Shown piece after piece: positions 1 to 10,407 of a stretch of DNA of 64,000 bases. The notes under the pieces were generated by a model. That model searched no databases. It worked only from the letters and a program-made list of their open reading frames with translations, and was not told the DNA's origin. Made by a program: the position numbers and the translations under genes. The stretch's first letter is position 1. Each line of letters starts with the position of its first letter. Origin of the DNA: an uncultured Actinomycetes bacterium (GTDB taxonomy: Bacteria; Actinomycetota; UBA4738; HRBIN12); the NCBI GenBank assembly GCA_963704725.1, contig OY969934.1:448001-512000 (forward strand). The letters are read 5' to 3'.

Positions 1-1154
1 TCGAGCCCCGAGAGGATCTCGGCCGTGTGCTCGCCGAGCCGCGGCGGGGGCAGCCGGGCGGGCAGTCGCTCGCCGTCGATGCGGATCGGATCGGCCACCA
101 GGCGCAGCGGTCCGCGCTCTGGATCCTCGACCTCCTGCACGGCGGCCGCACCTTCCGGTGACGCGAACACCTCGTCGATCGTCCGCACCGGCGAGCACGG
201 CACGGCGGCGTCCTCGAGCGCCGAGAGCCACTCGCCGGCCGGTCGCTCGGCGAACGCTTCCTCCAGGAGCGGGACGAGCGCGTCGCGGTGGCGAACGCGA
301 GCCTCGTTCGTCGCGAACCGCTCGTCCCGCGCCAGCGCCGGCCGGCCGATGACCTCGCAGGTGCGGGCGAAGTGGCGGTCGTTCCCGGCGGCGAGGATGA
401 ACGGACGGTCGGCGGCCCGGAACAGCTGGTAGGGCACGATGTTCGGGTGGGCGTTGCCCATCCGCCCCGGGACGAGCCCGCCCAGCAGGTGGTTCGCGCC
501 CTGGTTCACGAGCGCCGCCACGGCCGTCTCGAACAGCGAGACCGTCACACGCCGTCCCCGGCCGGTCTCGCGCCGTCCCACGAGCGCCGCCTGGATCGCG
601 TTCGCCGCGTACAGCCCGCAGATCACGTCGAGCAGCGCGACGCCGACCTTCGTCGGCTCGCCGTCCGGTTGGCCCGTGATGCTCATCAGGCCCGAGAGCG
701 CCTGGGCGATGATGTCGTAGCCGGGGCGGGCAGCAGTCTCCCCCTCGTCGCCGAACGCCCGCAGCGAGCACGTGACGAGCCCGGGGCGCTCCGCCGAGAG
801 CGAGGTGTGGTCGAGCCCGAACCGCTCCATGAGCCCCGGGCGGAAGTTCTCCACCACCACGTCGCTGGCGAGCGCGAGCCGTCGTGCGTCCCGGCGGCCC
901 TCCTCGGTCGAGAGGTCGATCACGACGGACCGCTTGTTCCGGTTGAGCGCCAGGTAGTAGGCGGCGTCCGTTCCGACGAACGGCGGTCCCCACCCGCGCG
1001 TGTCGTCCCCGGTCTCCGGGCGTTCCACCTTCACCACGTCGGCACCGAGGTCCCCGAGCAGCATCGTGGCGAGCGGGCCGGCGAGGACCCGGGAGAAGTC
1101 GGCGACCCGGATCCCGGACAGGGGAAGCCCCTGGGGATCGGTGGCGTCGGGCAC
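1..1154 (-). CDS. CoA-transferase family III (CaiB/BaiF), 3' end runs off the window
   Basis: Manual translation gives VPDATDPQGLPLSGIRVADFSRVLAGPLATMLLGDLGADVVKVERPETGDDTRGWGPP...LNRNKRS...VVVENFRPG. GAGGAG RBS precedes GTG at 1154. Missing from the ORF track because there is no stop in the window. Confidence 0.92.
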   Translation of the reverse strand, partial: MPDATDPQGLPLSGIRVADFSRVLAGPLATMLLGDLGADVVKVERPETGDDTRGWGPPFVGTDAAYYLALNRNKRSVVIDLSTEEGRRDARRLALASDVVVENFRPGLMERFGLDHTSLSAERPGLVTCSLRAFGDEGETAARPGYDIIAQALSGLMSITGQPDGEPTKVGVALLDVICGLYAANAIQAALVGRRETGRGRRVTVSLFETAVAALVNQGANHLLGGLVPGRMGNAHPNIVPYQLFRAADRPFILAAGNDRHFARTCEVIGRPALARDERFATNEARVRHRDALVPLLEEAFAERPAGEWLSALEDAAVPCSPVRTIDEVFASPEGAAAVQEVEDPERGPLRLVADPIRIDGERLPARLPPPRLGEHTAEILSGL

Positions 1155-1363
1155 GGACCAACTCCTCGGAATGGTCGCGAAAAGCGGCACCGCCGGAACC
1201 CGAGGGTCCCAGCGGCGCCAACGACATCCAACACCACCGCCGCCGCTGCGGTCAAATCCGGGTCGACGGTTTTGTCACTCTTTCTCCTATCAGGCACGCG
1301 GTTGAGCTTCCGCGCATCGGGAGGGAGTGGCACGACCCGCTCGGTTGTCGCACCATTACGGCT

Positions 1364-2002
1364 GTGAATCAGGAGAGCCTCGACCGGGCGAACGCGTTCC
1401 TTGCCGCCGTCGCCGCCCGAGCCGCTGCCGGGGACCTTGTTGATCTCTCACCGGCGGAGTTGGGGCGGGAGATCGGCGTGGAGGAACCGCTTGCCGCGGC
1501 GCGCGCCATCCGCGCGCTGCTCGCCCGCCGGCGACTTGAGGCGGTCGACGGCCGGTACCGCCTCCTGGACTCGCGGCCGATCGAGGCGGGTGAGCGGGAG
1601 CAGATCCCCAGGCCGAGACGGGCGAAGGCCTCCGCCAAGAGCGGCAGGCCCGCCGACGCCGAACCGGCGGCGGGCCGTCGCACCAGCTACTCGGACATCG
1701 GACGCGAGGCCGTCGAGCGTCTCGTCGAGCTGGGGCGGGAGGTCGGGTCCCTCCGCGGCGCGCTCCGAACCGCCCGAGAGGAGGCGCGCGAGGCTCAGTC
1801 CGCCCGCGACGACGCGGAGCGTCGTGCCGGGGCCCTGTCCGCTCGGACCAAGGAGCTCGAGGCCCGCGCCGAGATGGCGGAGTCGAACCTCCGCACGCTG
1901 TTGGCCGCCGCGAAGGGGGCGGGCCGGGATACCCCCGTGGGCGACACCGAGATGGAGGCGATCCTCGGCGTCCTCAAGGGCGGGGGCAACGGGCCCGAGT
2001 AA
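1364..2002 (+). CDS. Hypothetical protein: N-terminal winged-helix-like segment, basic linker, C-terminal coiled coil
   Basis: 212-aa ORF with normal GC3-rich codons. LSPAELGREIG...RRRLEAVDGRYRLL is wHTH-like; heptad-rich A/E/R stretch follows. Confidence 0.7.
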   Translation: MNQESLDRANAFLAAVAARAAAGDLVDLSPAELGREIGVEEPLAAARAIRALLARRRLEAVDGRYRLLDSRPIEAGEREQIPRPRRAKASAKSGRPADAEPAAGRRTSYSDIGREAVERLVELGREVGSLRGALRTAREEAREAQSARDDAERRAGALSARTKELEARAEMAESNLRTLLAAAKGAGRDTPVGDTEMEAILGVLKGGGNGPE

Positions 2003-2005
2003 CGC

Positions 2006-3100
2006 TCACCGCGCCCCGGGCAGCGCGGACCCCGTCTCGCCGAAGCCGTCCCTTCGTCCGATGTTGGCGAGGTGGCACGCCGCGAAGTGGCCGCGGTGGA
2101 ACTCGTCGAGGCCGAGGTCCCGGCTGCGGCATGCGTCCTCGACCCCGGCGCGTTCGGCGGCTCCCGAGGCCAGCGCCGGACATCGCGGATGGAACCGGCA
2201 GCCCTGCGGGATCCGCGTCGGGTCGGGGGGTTCACCCACCAGGATCGGCCGCTCGATCCCTTCGGCCTCCGGAACGACGTCCAGCAGCGCCTTCGTGTAC
2301 GGGTGCAGCGGGCGCGTGAGGACGTTCTCGGCGGGGCCGATCTCGACGATCCGACCGAGGTACATGACCGCCACGCGGTCGGCCACGGTCCAGGCCAGCC
2401 CGAGATCGTGGGTCACGATGATGATCGAGATCTGGTCCTCCTCGCGCAGCTTCATCAGGAGTCGGAGGATCTCGCCCCGCACCGAGGCGTCGAGGTTGGA
2501 CACCGGTTCGTCCGCCACGATGACCTCGGGCTCGAGCACCAGAGCGCCCGCGATGACCACGCGCTGGCGCTGCCCGCCCGAGAGCTCGTGCGGGTAGAGA
2601 AGGTAGAAACGCTCGGGCGGCCGCATCCCGGCGCGCGAGAGCGCCTTCGCCACGAGCTCCTCCTCGGACTCCCCGTTCTCGCCGCGGGTGATCCGGTGGA
2701 TGCGGAGGGCCTCGGCGACGATCTCGTAGACGGTCTGGCGCGGGTTGAGGGAGCCCATCGGATCCTGGAAGACCATCTGCACGCGACGGCGGAACCGGCG
2801 CAGGTGCTTGACCGGCTCGCCCTCGAACAGGATCTGGCCCTGCTGCGGCTTGATCAGGCCCATGATCGCTCGCGCCGTCGTGGTCTTGCCGCACCCCGAC
2901 TCGCCGGCCAGCGCAAGGACCTCACCGCGCCCGAGCTCGAAGCTCACCCCGTCGACCGCCCGGGCGTCGTCGCCCTTGCGGCCCATGACGCCGGCGATCA
3001 GGCCGACGTGCCCATGGAACGTCACGCCGAGGTCGCGCACCTCCAGGACCGTGTCCCCGAAGGTGCGCTCCCCGGGCTCCGCGCGCTCTTCGATGCTCAT
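2006..3100 (-). CDS. Oligopeptide/dipeptide ABC transporter ATP-binding subunit (OppF/DppF-like)
   Basis: Starts MSIEERAEPG. Walker A GESGCGKTT, LSGGQRQR, VADEP, and C-terminal GCRFHPRC oligo_HPY motif. Confidence 0.93.
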   Translation of the reverse strand: MSIEERAEPGERTFGDTVLEVRDLGVTFHGHVGLIAGVMGRKGDDARAVDGVSFELGRGEVLALAGESGCGKTTTARAIMGLIKPQQGQILFEGEPVKHLRRFRRRVQMVFQDPMGSLNPRQTVYEIVAEALRIHRITRGENGESEEELVAKALSRAGMRPPERFYLLYPHELSGGQRQRVVIAGALVLEPEVIVADEPVSNLDASVRGEILRLLMKLREEDQISIIIVTHDLGLAWTVADRVAVMYLGRIVEIGPAENVLTRPLHPYTKALLDVVPEAEGIERPILVGEPPDPTRIPQGCRFHPRCPALASGAAERAGVEDACRSRDLGLDEFHRGHFAACHLANIGRRDGFGETGSALPGAR

Positions 3101-4086
3101 CCGGACGCCTCCGGGGCCTGCGCAAGGGCGCCGTCGACGAGCAGGCAGGCCGCCCGGCGGCCGCCGCCGGCGGCGTAGAGCTCGGGCACGACGGTGGGAC
3201 AGCGATCGAACACCACCGGGCATCGGGGATGGAACGGACAGCCCGACGGGATCGACTGCGGGTCCGGAGGGTCGCCACCGAGCCCGGATGGCTTGTGGCG
3301 GAAGCGATCGTCCCCGATCGCCGGGAACGCCGCGGCCAGCGCCTTGGAGTAGGGGTGCTGGGGCGTGTCGAACACCTCCCGTGCGCCGCCCTCCTCGACG
3401 ATCCTGCCCGCGTACATGATCGACAGCCGGTCGGAGACCTCGACCAGCACCGAGAGGTCGTGGGTGATGAACAACATCGCCAGCCCCAGCTCTCGTTGGA
3501 GCGTCTTCAACAGCTTCAGGACCTGCGCCTGCACCATGACGTCGAGCGCCGTCGTCGGCTCGTCGGCGATGATGAGGCTCGGAGCGCACGCGAGCGCCAT
3601 GGCGATCATCACGCGCTGCTTCTGGCCCCCGGAGAGCTCGTGCGGGTAGTCTCGGATCCGCCTCGGCGGCAGGCCGACCTGCTCGAGCAGGCCGCCGACC
3701 CGCATGAGGGCCTCCCGCTCGCCGGCCTGCCCGTGCACCACGATCGCTTCGGCGATCTGGTCGCCCACCCGCTGCACGGGGTTGAGGGCGTGCATCGCTC
3801 CCTGGAACACGACCGAGGCCTCCGACCACCGCACGGCGCGCAGACGACCCGGCTTCATCGTCAGCACGTCCTCGTCGTTCAGCACGATCCGTCCGTCGAC
3901 CTTGGTTCCGGGGGGCAGGAGGCGCAGGATCGCGTTGACGATGGTCGACTTGCCGCACCCCGACTCGCCGGCGAGACCCAGGACCTCGCCCTTGTCGATG
4001 TCGAAGTCGACACCGCGGACGGCTGGCACGGGACCTCCCTGCGTCCGGTACGTGATCGACAGGTCGCGAACCAACAGGACGCTCAT
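3097..4086 (-). CDS. Oligopeptide/dipeptide ABC transporter ATP-binding subunit (OppD/DppD-like)
   Basis: Starts MSVLLVRDL. GESGCGKST, LSGGQKQR, IIADEPTTALD, HPY and GCPFHPRC; 4-bp overlap with the downstream ATPase. Confidence 0.93.
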   Translation of the reverse strand: MSVLLVRDLSITYRTQGGPVPAVRGVDFDIDKGEVLGLAGESGCGKSTIVNAILRLLPPGTKVDGRIVLNDEDVLTMKPGRLRAVRWSEASVVFQGAMHALNPVQRVGDQIAEAIVVHGQAGEREALMRVGGLLEQVGLPPRRIRDYPHELSGGQKQRVMIAMALACAPSLIIADEPTTALDVMVQAQVLKLLKTLQRELGLAMLFITHDLSVLVEVSDRLSIMYAGRIVEEGGAREVFDTPQHPYSKALAAAFPAIGDDRFRHKPSGLGGDPPDPQSIPSGCPFHPRCPVVFDRCPTVVPELYAAGGGRRAACLLVDGALAQAPEASG

Positions 4087-5105
4087 CGTTCCCGCAACTT
4101 CGGGTTGAGGATCTCGTCGAGCGCGAACCCGCACATCGTGAACGCCAGCACGACGAAGACGATCGCGAGGCCCGGCGGCACGAGCCACCACCAGTCGCCG
4201 GCGGTGGCGGCGCCCGAGTCCGAAGGCGAACTCGAGGATCGTTCCCCACGAGATCGACAACGGATCGCCGAGGCCGAGGAACGAGAGCGTGGTCTCGGAC
4301 AAGATCGCGATAGCGACCGTGAGGATCGTGTTGGCGAAGATCAGAGGGCCGACGTTGGGCAGGATGTGCCGAGTGACGAGGTGCCAGCTGCTGGCGCCGA
4401 GCGCTTGAGCCCGCTCCACATAGGCGCGCGTCTTGACCGACAGGACCTGTGCTCGGACGATCCGCGCGGTGCTCGGCCACGACGTGATGCCGATCACGAG
4501 GATGATGATGGCGAGCGAGCGGCCGAGCACCGACGCGAGGACGATCGCGAGCGGCAGGAACGGGATGACCAGGAACCAGTCGGTCAGGCGCATCAGGACC
4601 GTCTCGGTTGCCCGCCCGTAGTAGCCGGCGACGATCCCGATCATCGAGCCGATCCCCATCGAGATCAGCCGTGGCGAACAGCCCGACGGTGAGCGAGATC
4701 CGCGAACCCCATACTGTGAGCGCCAGGACCGACCGGCCGAGATTGTCGGTTCCGAACGGGAACTTCCAGCTCGGCGGGCTGAACGACCGGGCCGTTGCAG
4801 TCGCAGGTGGCGTTGAGCGCCTCGCCGGCTCGCGATCAGGGGTGCGAAGACCGCGATCAGGATGAAGAACACGAGGATGTCCAGCCCCCACATCCCCATC
4901 GCGCTCCGCCGATAGGTCGCCCAGACGCGCTTGAGCGGAACGGCGTCGTCTGGCCCAGACGATCGCTCGCGCGCTCTCGGGGGCGCCGGGGGGCGGTGGC
5001 TCCGAGCTCTGCGCCGGGCGGCGGGCATCGGGGGCCAGCGTCTTGCCCAGGTTCTCAGGCGGTCGCATCGTCGGCCTCACGCTGCGGAGCGGACGGCCAA
5101 ACCAT
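4083..5105 (-). pseudogene. Peptide ABC permease OppC/DppC, frameshifted (probably sequencing errors)
   Basis: Fragments FPFGTDNLGRSVLALTVWGSRISL, ARIVRAQVLSVKTRAYVERAQALGA..RHILPN and ISWGTILE lie in different frames. Start is approximate. Confidence 0.8.
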
Positions 5106-6135
5106 CAGGCCGCCCTCACTCGCGGGTCCAGGTACGAGTACAGGATGTCGGCCAGCAGGTTGGCGACGATGACCGCCGCCGAGAACAGGAGGAAGAGCCC
5201 CTGGAGGAGCGGGTAATCGAGCACGTTGATCGCCTGAACCGTCAGCCACCCGAGGCCCGGCCACGAGAAGACGTACTCGATGGTGATCGCGCCGGAGAAG
5301 ACGAACCCGAGCGACAGGATCGTGAGAGTCATCGTGGGGAGCATGGCGTTCGGAACCGCATGACGCCACAGGACGTGGTTCTCGCGGACACCCTTGGCGC
5401 GAGCAGTCTGGACGAAGTCGTCCCCCATCACGTCGATGAGCGAGTTTCGCATGATGATCGAGTACTCACCGAGATACGCGACCGTCAGCACGAGGAACGG
5501 CAGGACCATGTGGTTGAGCACGTCCACCCAGTGCCCGAGGCCCGGTGAGGCCGGATCCCGCGGTCTCGTAGCCGCCGGTCGGGAAGATCGCCGGGAACGG
5601 CCCCACGCCACCGGCGAAGGCCATCAGGATGAGGATGCCGAACCAGAACTCGGGCATCGAGTAGACGAACAGGGTGAACCCGAGCGAGCCCGACGTCGAA
5701 TGCGCTCCCGCGACTCCAGCCGCCATAGATTCCGATGATGAGCCCGATCACCGCCGATGCGATCGTGGAGCATCCCCACCAGCAGGATCGTGGGCCACAC
5801 CTTCTCGGCGATCACGCGGGCAGTACCGGCCTCCGCGCTGGAAGAACGAGTCGCCGAAGTTGAGCGTGAGGGTGTTGCTGATGTAGATCACGAACTGCCG
5901 GGCAGGGACGGCTGATCGAGCCCGAGATCGTGGCGGAGCGCGGTGACGTTCCGAGGATCGTGAAGTTGGCCGTCCCTCGAAGGAGGAGCTGACGCCGGGT
6001 CCCCGGGCATCATGCGGAACAGGAAGAAGTTGAACGCGAGCACGAAGCCAGCGTCAGCAAGGCCTGAAGGACCTTCCCGCAGGTACCCGGTGTGCGCACC
6101 GCGGTTCTCCGCATCCGGGTTCCGGACCGGCCGCC
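5105..6135 (-). pseudogene. Peptide ABC permease OppB/DppB, frameshifted (probably sequencing errors)
   Basis: FVLAFNFFLFRMMPGDP, YSMPEFWFG, EAA loop DFVQTARAKGV..HAVPNA, IEYVFSWPGLG and YLDPRV are split across frames. Start is approximate. Confidence 0.8.
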
Positions 6136-8004
6136 GCTACGCCTCGTCCTCGGCCGACACGCCGCCGCAGGAGCATGACGACGGCGCCGACCACGATGAC
6201 GAGGCCTGCGACGATCCCGAGCCAGACCCGCCGGACGCCCCGACGTCTCGCTCGAGCCGAGGCACCCTCACCACCCTGCGCCGCGCGAAACGGGCGAACC
6301 GCCAGGACGGGGTCGGCCGGCCGTACCCGGCCAGCAGCGTCGCCGGGCGGACCGGCTGCGGCGGTAGCCGGTGAACGGTCGGTGCGATACGCCTGGAGAG
6401 AGGGGGTGTACCACATCACGGCGTAGGCTGCGTCTTCGTAGAAGATCTTCTGCGCCTGGTGGATCAGCTCCCAGCGGCCAGCCGGGTCGAGCTCGAGCGC
6501 GCTGCTCGCCAGCAAGCGGTCGTACTCGGGGTTGCAGTAGTACGAGTCGTTGTTCCCGTACGTCGTGCCGTCCGGCGGCCGCTCGTCGCAGGTGAAGTCG
6601 GCGAGCACCGAGTCCGGGATCGGGGTCGGGCATCCATCCCCAGTAGAACAGGTCGTACGTCCCGTCGTTGATGATGTCGCCGAGTCGTTCCGCACGTGAT
6701 GGCCTGCACGTCCGCCTTGATGCCGATCTGGCCGAGCCATTCGGACACGAAGGGGCCGCGTCGACGAGGATTGGTCGCTCGTCCGGACGTAGTAGCGGAA
6801 TCGAGGGGAGTCGAGGGTCAGCGACCCAGCCGGCATCTCGCGGACGCCGTCGCCGTCGGTATCCAGGTAGCCGGCGTCTTCAAGGACTTGGTTGGCGGCG
6901 TGGATGTCCCAGGACACCAGTCGAGCCTCCGGTGGGTTCCCACTTCGCCCCCGGGACCGTGACCGGCGGGACGATCGGTGTCGCCCGGGCATCCCGTGGC
7001 CCTGAAGCACGCTGCTCGACGAGCTGGTCGCTGTCGATGGCCATGCGGATGGCTCGCCGGACCGTCACGTCGGCGAGCGCCGGGTGCCCGTCTCCGTGCG
7101 GGCGTAGTCGCCCGCGGCCGCTGGTAGGCGGAGCCGGTGTTCATCCCGATCTCCTCGAAGGAGGGGACGATGCCGGCAAGGGTCTCGATGTTGTTTGGCT
7201 CTCAGGGAGTTGAAGACGTTGGGGGCGGTGAAGTAGGCGAAGTCGACGTCCCCCTGACTTCAGCGCCTGGGCCAGAGCGTCGTCGTTCTTGAAGATCTTG
7301 TCAGACGATCTCGTCGATGGCGGCTCCGGGCCGGTCCACTAGGGGTTTCGGCTCCAACTGCAGGAACTCGCCCGTCTGGTACTCGGTGATGAGGAATGGC
7401 CCGCTCGAGACCGAAGGCACGTTCTCGAACTGCTTGGGCGACTCGATCCCCCGAAGACGTGCTTCGGCATGATGTAGTCGTACATGTACGGGAACTGCCC
7501 CGTGTACAGGCCCGTCGGCTCTTGCTCCTGAACTGACGTGTGTGGCATCGAGGGCCTGCGCCTCGCCGTCGATCGCCGTCAGGTAACCTGCGGCAGGTAG
7601 GCGTGGTGCTGCTTGTAGAGGTTGAGCGTGAACGCGACGTCGTCCGCCGTGAGCGGCTGCCCGTCCGACCACACGAGTCGCGACGGGTCGTGTACGTGAA
7701 CTCCATGTTGTCAGAGCTCGTCTGCACGTCGGTCGCAAGGCCGTCCGTGGCCCGAGGCTTCGGCGTAGTTGATCAGGAGGTGGTAGCTGGCGGCCCAGAA
7801 GTAGAAGTCGACCCCAGGTAGCCGCTTATGCGGGTTGAGCGAGCTGGGCTCGCCCGTGTTGCCCCACGTGAATCGGACCGGCTCGTTGCTCGCGTCCGGC
7901 GCCCGGACCGCTGCTCTGCGCGAGCGCAGACCCGGCGAGCGTTCCCGTGACGAGCGTGCCATGAGCACGAAGGCGACCGCGAACCTGCCCCTCGAGCCCT
8001 TCAT
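6135..8004 (-). pseudogene. Peptide ABC substrate-binding protein (family 5, OppA-like) with C-terminal TM anchor, heavily frameshifted
   Basis: Signal peptide MKGSRGRFAVAFVL, then EPSSLNP, WSDGQPLTADDVAFT, GPFLITEY, VRRAIRMAID and NNDSYYCNPEYD in several frames. C-terminal hydrophobic WLGIVAGLVIVVGAVVMLLRRR. Confidence 0.8.
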
Positions 8005-8217
8005 TGCGCCCCCCTTCATCCAGCCCCCGAACATCCGCTCTCTCCAAGGCCTACGGTCGTGCCGCCCGGTTCGGCTTGTGCGCGACCGCCCGGCCGACGC
8101 GTCTCGCCCGGGGCTCGGCGGGTCTGTATAGCACGCTCGTCGCAGGCTCCGGTAGCTACGCTTCGGAGCGACCTGGGTCGATCGGTGCGCCTGAACTGAC
8201 CGCGGGTCAGCGCCGTT

Positions 8218-9321
8218 TCACAGGACGCCGTCGAGATCCACCTCTTCGTAGCCGGTCTCGCAGGGGTTGCCGGCCGCGACCCACATCCGGCCCTCCTCGA
8301 GCTCGGCCACCATCGAGAACACCACCGCCGAAGCCTCGTCGCCCTCGTCCGGGTCGGGATGGAGGCAGATCGCCTGCGGCGTCGAGCCGTGGTCGCGGAG
8401 GATGTCCATGACCTCCGGCACGGTCTGCGGCTTGCGATCGGTAAGGAGCTCCTCCAGCCTGATCCGGCGTGCCAGGCTGCCCTCGGAGGGCTGCGGGCCG
8501 AGCGCCGCGAGGTCGGGGTCGAGGTAGTGGTTGGTGTGGATGGGGTCGCCCTCGAGCACCGCGAGCCGGGTGGCCGTGGTCTCGACGGTCAGGGTGTCGC
8601 CGCCGGCGAACGCGAACGTGTGCCCGTACCCGCCGGCCCGCCTCCGCTGGCCGGCGCGGGCGATCGCGTCGGCCCGGTCCGCCGCCTCGAGGGAGTCCCT
8701 GGAGACCAGCACCCGGGGGACGCCGACGCCGTCGTCGGAGGCGGAGAGCGATCCGATGCCCTGCGCGGCCCGATGGCTGTTCACGCCCACCGCCGGCAGG
8801 CAGCACACGATCGTCGGCGAGGCGATCCTCGTCGTCCGATCGTCGGGCAGGTCGATGACGACGGCCACGTTGCCACGGTCTCCGGCGAGCCAATGCTCGT
8901 TGTGGGCCAGGATCGTGGCCTCGGGCGTGCAGACGGCGAAGCTGGAGCAGCGCTCGACGCTCGGCTTGGGCGGAGCAAGGTAGCCCTCCTTGCGCTGCAG
9001 GAACAGGAGCCCACCCTCCGGCGCCTCGAGCTTCGGCTCGAGCTCCTCGAACGCGTTGATCGCGAAGAGTTCCAGGACGGGGGCCATCGCCCCCACCGAC
9101 ATGCCCTTCAGCGTCGCCATCGACGCCGGGAACTGCGACTCCGCCGCGACGAGGTACGGGGTCAGGAGCTCCTGGAGTTGCTGGGAGCTCACTCCGCGCC
9201 TGGACAGGTACCGGTGGTAGAAGTCCACCGACTCGTTCACGCGGTCGCGAAGCTCCCTGCCGACCTGCTGGCCGCGCGCGCTCGGATCGCCCTCGGCCCG
9301 GACGATCCTCAGATCAGCCAT
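8218..9321 (-). CDS. Peptidase C45 family (Ntn hydrolase, acyl-CoA:6-APA acyltransferase-like)
   Basis: Autoprocessing Cys in ERCSSFAV; ILAHNEHW, GVNSH, IHTNHY, GNPCE. Confidence 0.85.
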   Translation of the reverse strand: MADLRIVRAEGDPSARGQQVGRELRDRVNESVDFYHRYLSRRGVSSQQLQELLTPYLVAAESQFPASMATLKGMSVGAMAPVLELFAINAFEELEPKLEAPEGGLLFLQRKEGYLAPPKPSVERCSSFAVCTPEATILAHNEHWLAGDRGNVAVVIDLPDDRTTRIASPTIVCCLPAVGVNSHRAAQGIGSLSASDDGVGVPRVLVSRDSLEAADRADAIARAGQRRRAGGYGHTFAFAGGDTLTVETTATRLAVLEGDPIHTNHYLDPDLAALGPQPSEGSLARRIRLEELLTDRKPQTVPEVMDILRDHGSTPQAICLHPDPDEGDEASAVVFSMVAELEEGRMWVAAGNPCETGYEEVDLDGVL

Positions 9322-9358
9322 CGTTCGCCTTCACGGTACCCCCTACAGCCTAGCCTTC

Positions 9359-9604
9359 ATGGACATCGACTCGGGCGCTACCCTGGCGTTCGTGCCCCAC
9401 CACCTGGAGTCCGTCCCGTCCGGCCCCGCCGACGACCCTCTCGAGGCGTTCGAGCGGGAGTTCCTCGAGCCGGACGTCGACGAGGACCAGGAGCGCCGTC
9501 CGCTCTCCCGCCCGGCCTGGTGGCGATGGGTGGCGATCGCGGTGATCCTTGCCCTGATCGTGGCGGGCCCGTTCGCCTACGTCCTGTCGAAGCTCTTGAG
9601 CTGA
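9359..9604 (+). CDS. Small hypothetical membrane protein
   Basis: 81 aa with acidic N-terminus and a single C-terminal TM (WWRWVAIAVILALIVAGPF). Confidence 0.55.
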   Translation: MDIDSGATLAFVPHHLESVPSGPADDPLEAFEREFLEPDVDEDQERRPLSRPAWWRWVAIAVILALIVAGPFAYVLSKLLS

Positions 9605-10407
9605 TCCACCTCGTCGTCCTGTCCGCTCGCCGCCCGGGTGCGTGACCCACGGAGACCGGCGAGGTTCGCCAGCGCCTCGAACAGCTGCTGCTGCGCGCGG
9701 TCGTCTTCGGCCGTGTCCTCGGGATGCCACTGGACGCCGAGCATCCAGCCGGATTCGTAGGGGCGGTCGTCCCGGGAGCCTTCGGGCTCGCGCTCGATGG
9801 CCTCGATCAAGCCGTCCTCACTCCATCCGGTGGCGCGGAGCCCGTCGCCGATGCGGTCGATGCCCTGGTGGTGGTGCGACGAGCAGGTCAGCGTCTCGAC
9901 GCCGGTGGTCGCGAGGAGACGGCTGCGCGGGTCGGGGCGGACCTCGTGCAGCGTCTGGGTGTCCTCGACCGGCACGCCGTGCTCGAGCAGCCCGGGCGTT
10001 CCCGGCAGATGCTGAAGGAGCGTGCCGCCGAAGGCCACGTTCATCACCTGCGCCCCGCGGCAGATGCACAGCGTCGGCACGCCGGTCGCGTCGGCCGCGC
10101 GGAGCAGATCGATCTCGAACCCGTCTCGATCGGGCTCGACGCCGTAGACGTGCTCGCCGGGTTCCTGCCCGTACCGTCGCGGGTCGACGTCACCGCCCCC
10201 CACCAGGACCAGCCCGTCGAAGGGCTCGAGGACCTCCTCCACCGAGCCGGGCTCGCCGGGGGACACGATCGCGGTCCGCGCGCCGGCGATCCTGAGGCGA
10301 TCCAGGTACGGCCCGGGCACGCCGTACCCGCCGTGCGGCCACCTCGGCACGCGGTCGTCGGCGAGGTGGTAGGCGACGACGGCGACGAGCGGCCGGTACG
10401 AGCTCAC
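9577..10407 (-). CDS. Gamma-glutamyl-gamma-aminobutyrate hydrolase family (peptidase C26, PuuD-like)
   Basis: GTG start overlaps the upstream stop. DGLVLVGGGDVDP, LCICRGAQVMNV, SHHHQ, GVQWHPE. Confidence 0.9.
   Translation of the reverse strand: MSSYRPLVAVVAYHLADDRVPRWPHGGYGVPGPYLDRLRIAGARTAIVSPGEPGSVEEVLEPFDGLVLVGGGDVDPRRYGQEPGEHVYGVEPDRDGFEIDLLRAADATGVPTLCICRGAQVMNVAFGGTLLQHLPGTPGLLEHGVPVEDTQTLHEVRPDPRSRLLATTGVETLTCSSHHHQGIDRIGDGLRATGWSEDGLIEAIEREPEGSRDDRPYESGWMLGVQWHPEDTAEDDRAQQQLFEALANLAGLRGSRTRAASGQDDEVDQLKSFDRT

Noticed and set aside
1160-1360. Possible riboswitch or ncRNA in the intergenic region
   Set aside because: No recognisable aptamer, tRNA fold or strong stem; the AT-rich patch is more simply a divergent promoter.
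2006-5080. Apparent 1024-aa and 643-aa permease-ATPase fusions
   Set aside because: Artefacts of upstream stop-free shadow frames plus indels in oppC; each ATPase has its own start and a 4-bp overlap.
4083-8004. Programmed frameshifting or phase variation in the opp genes
   Set aside because: Too many scattered indels, with no slippery or homopolymer tracts; sequencing error is more parsimonious.
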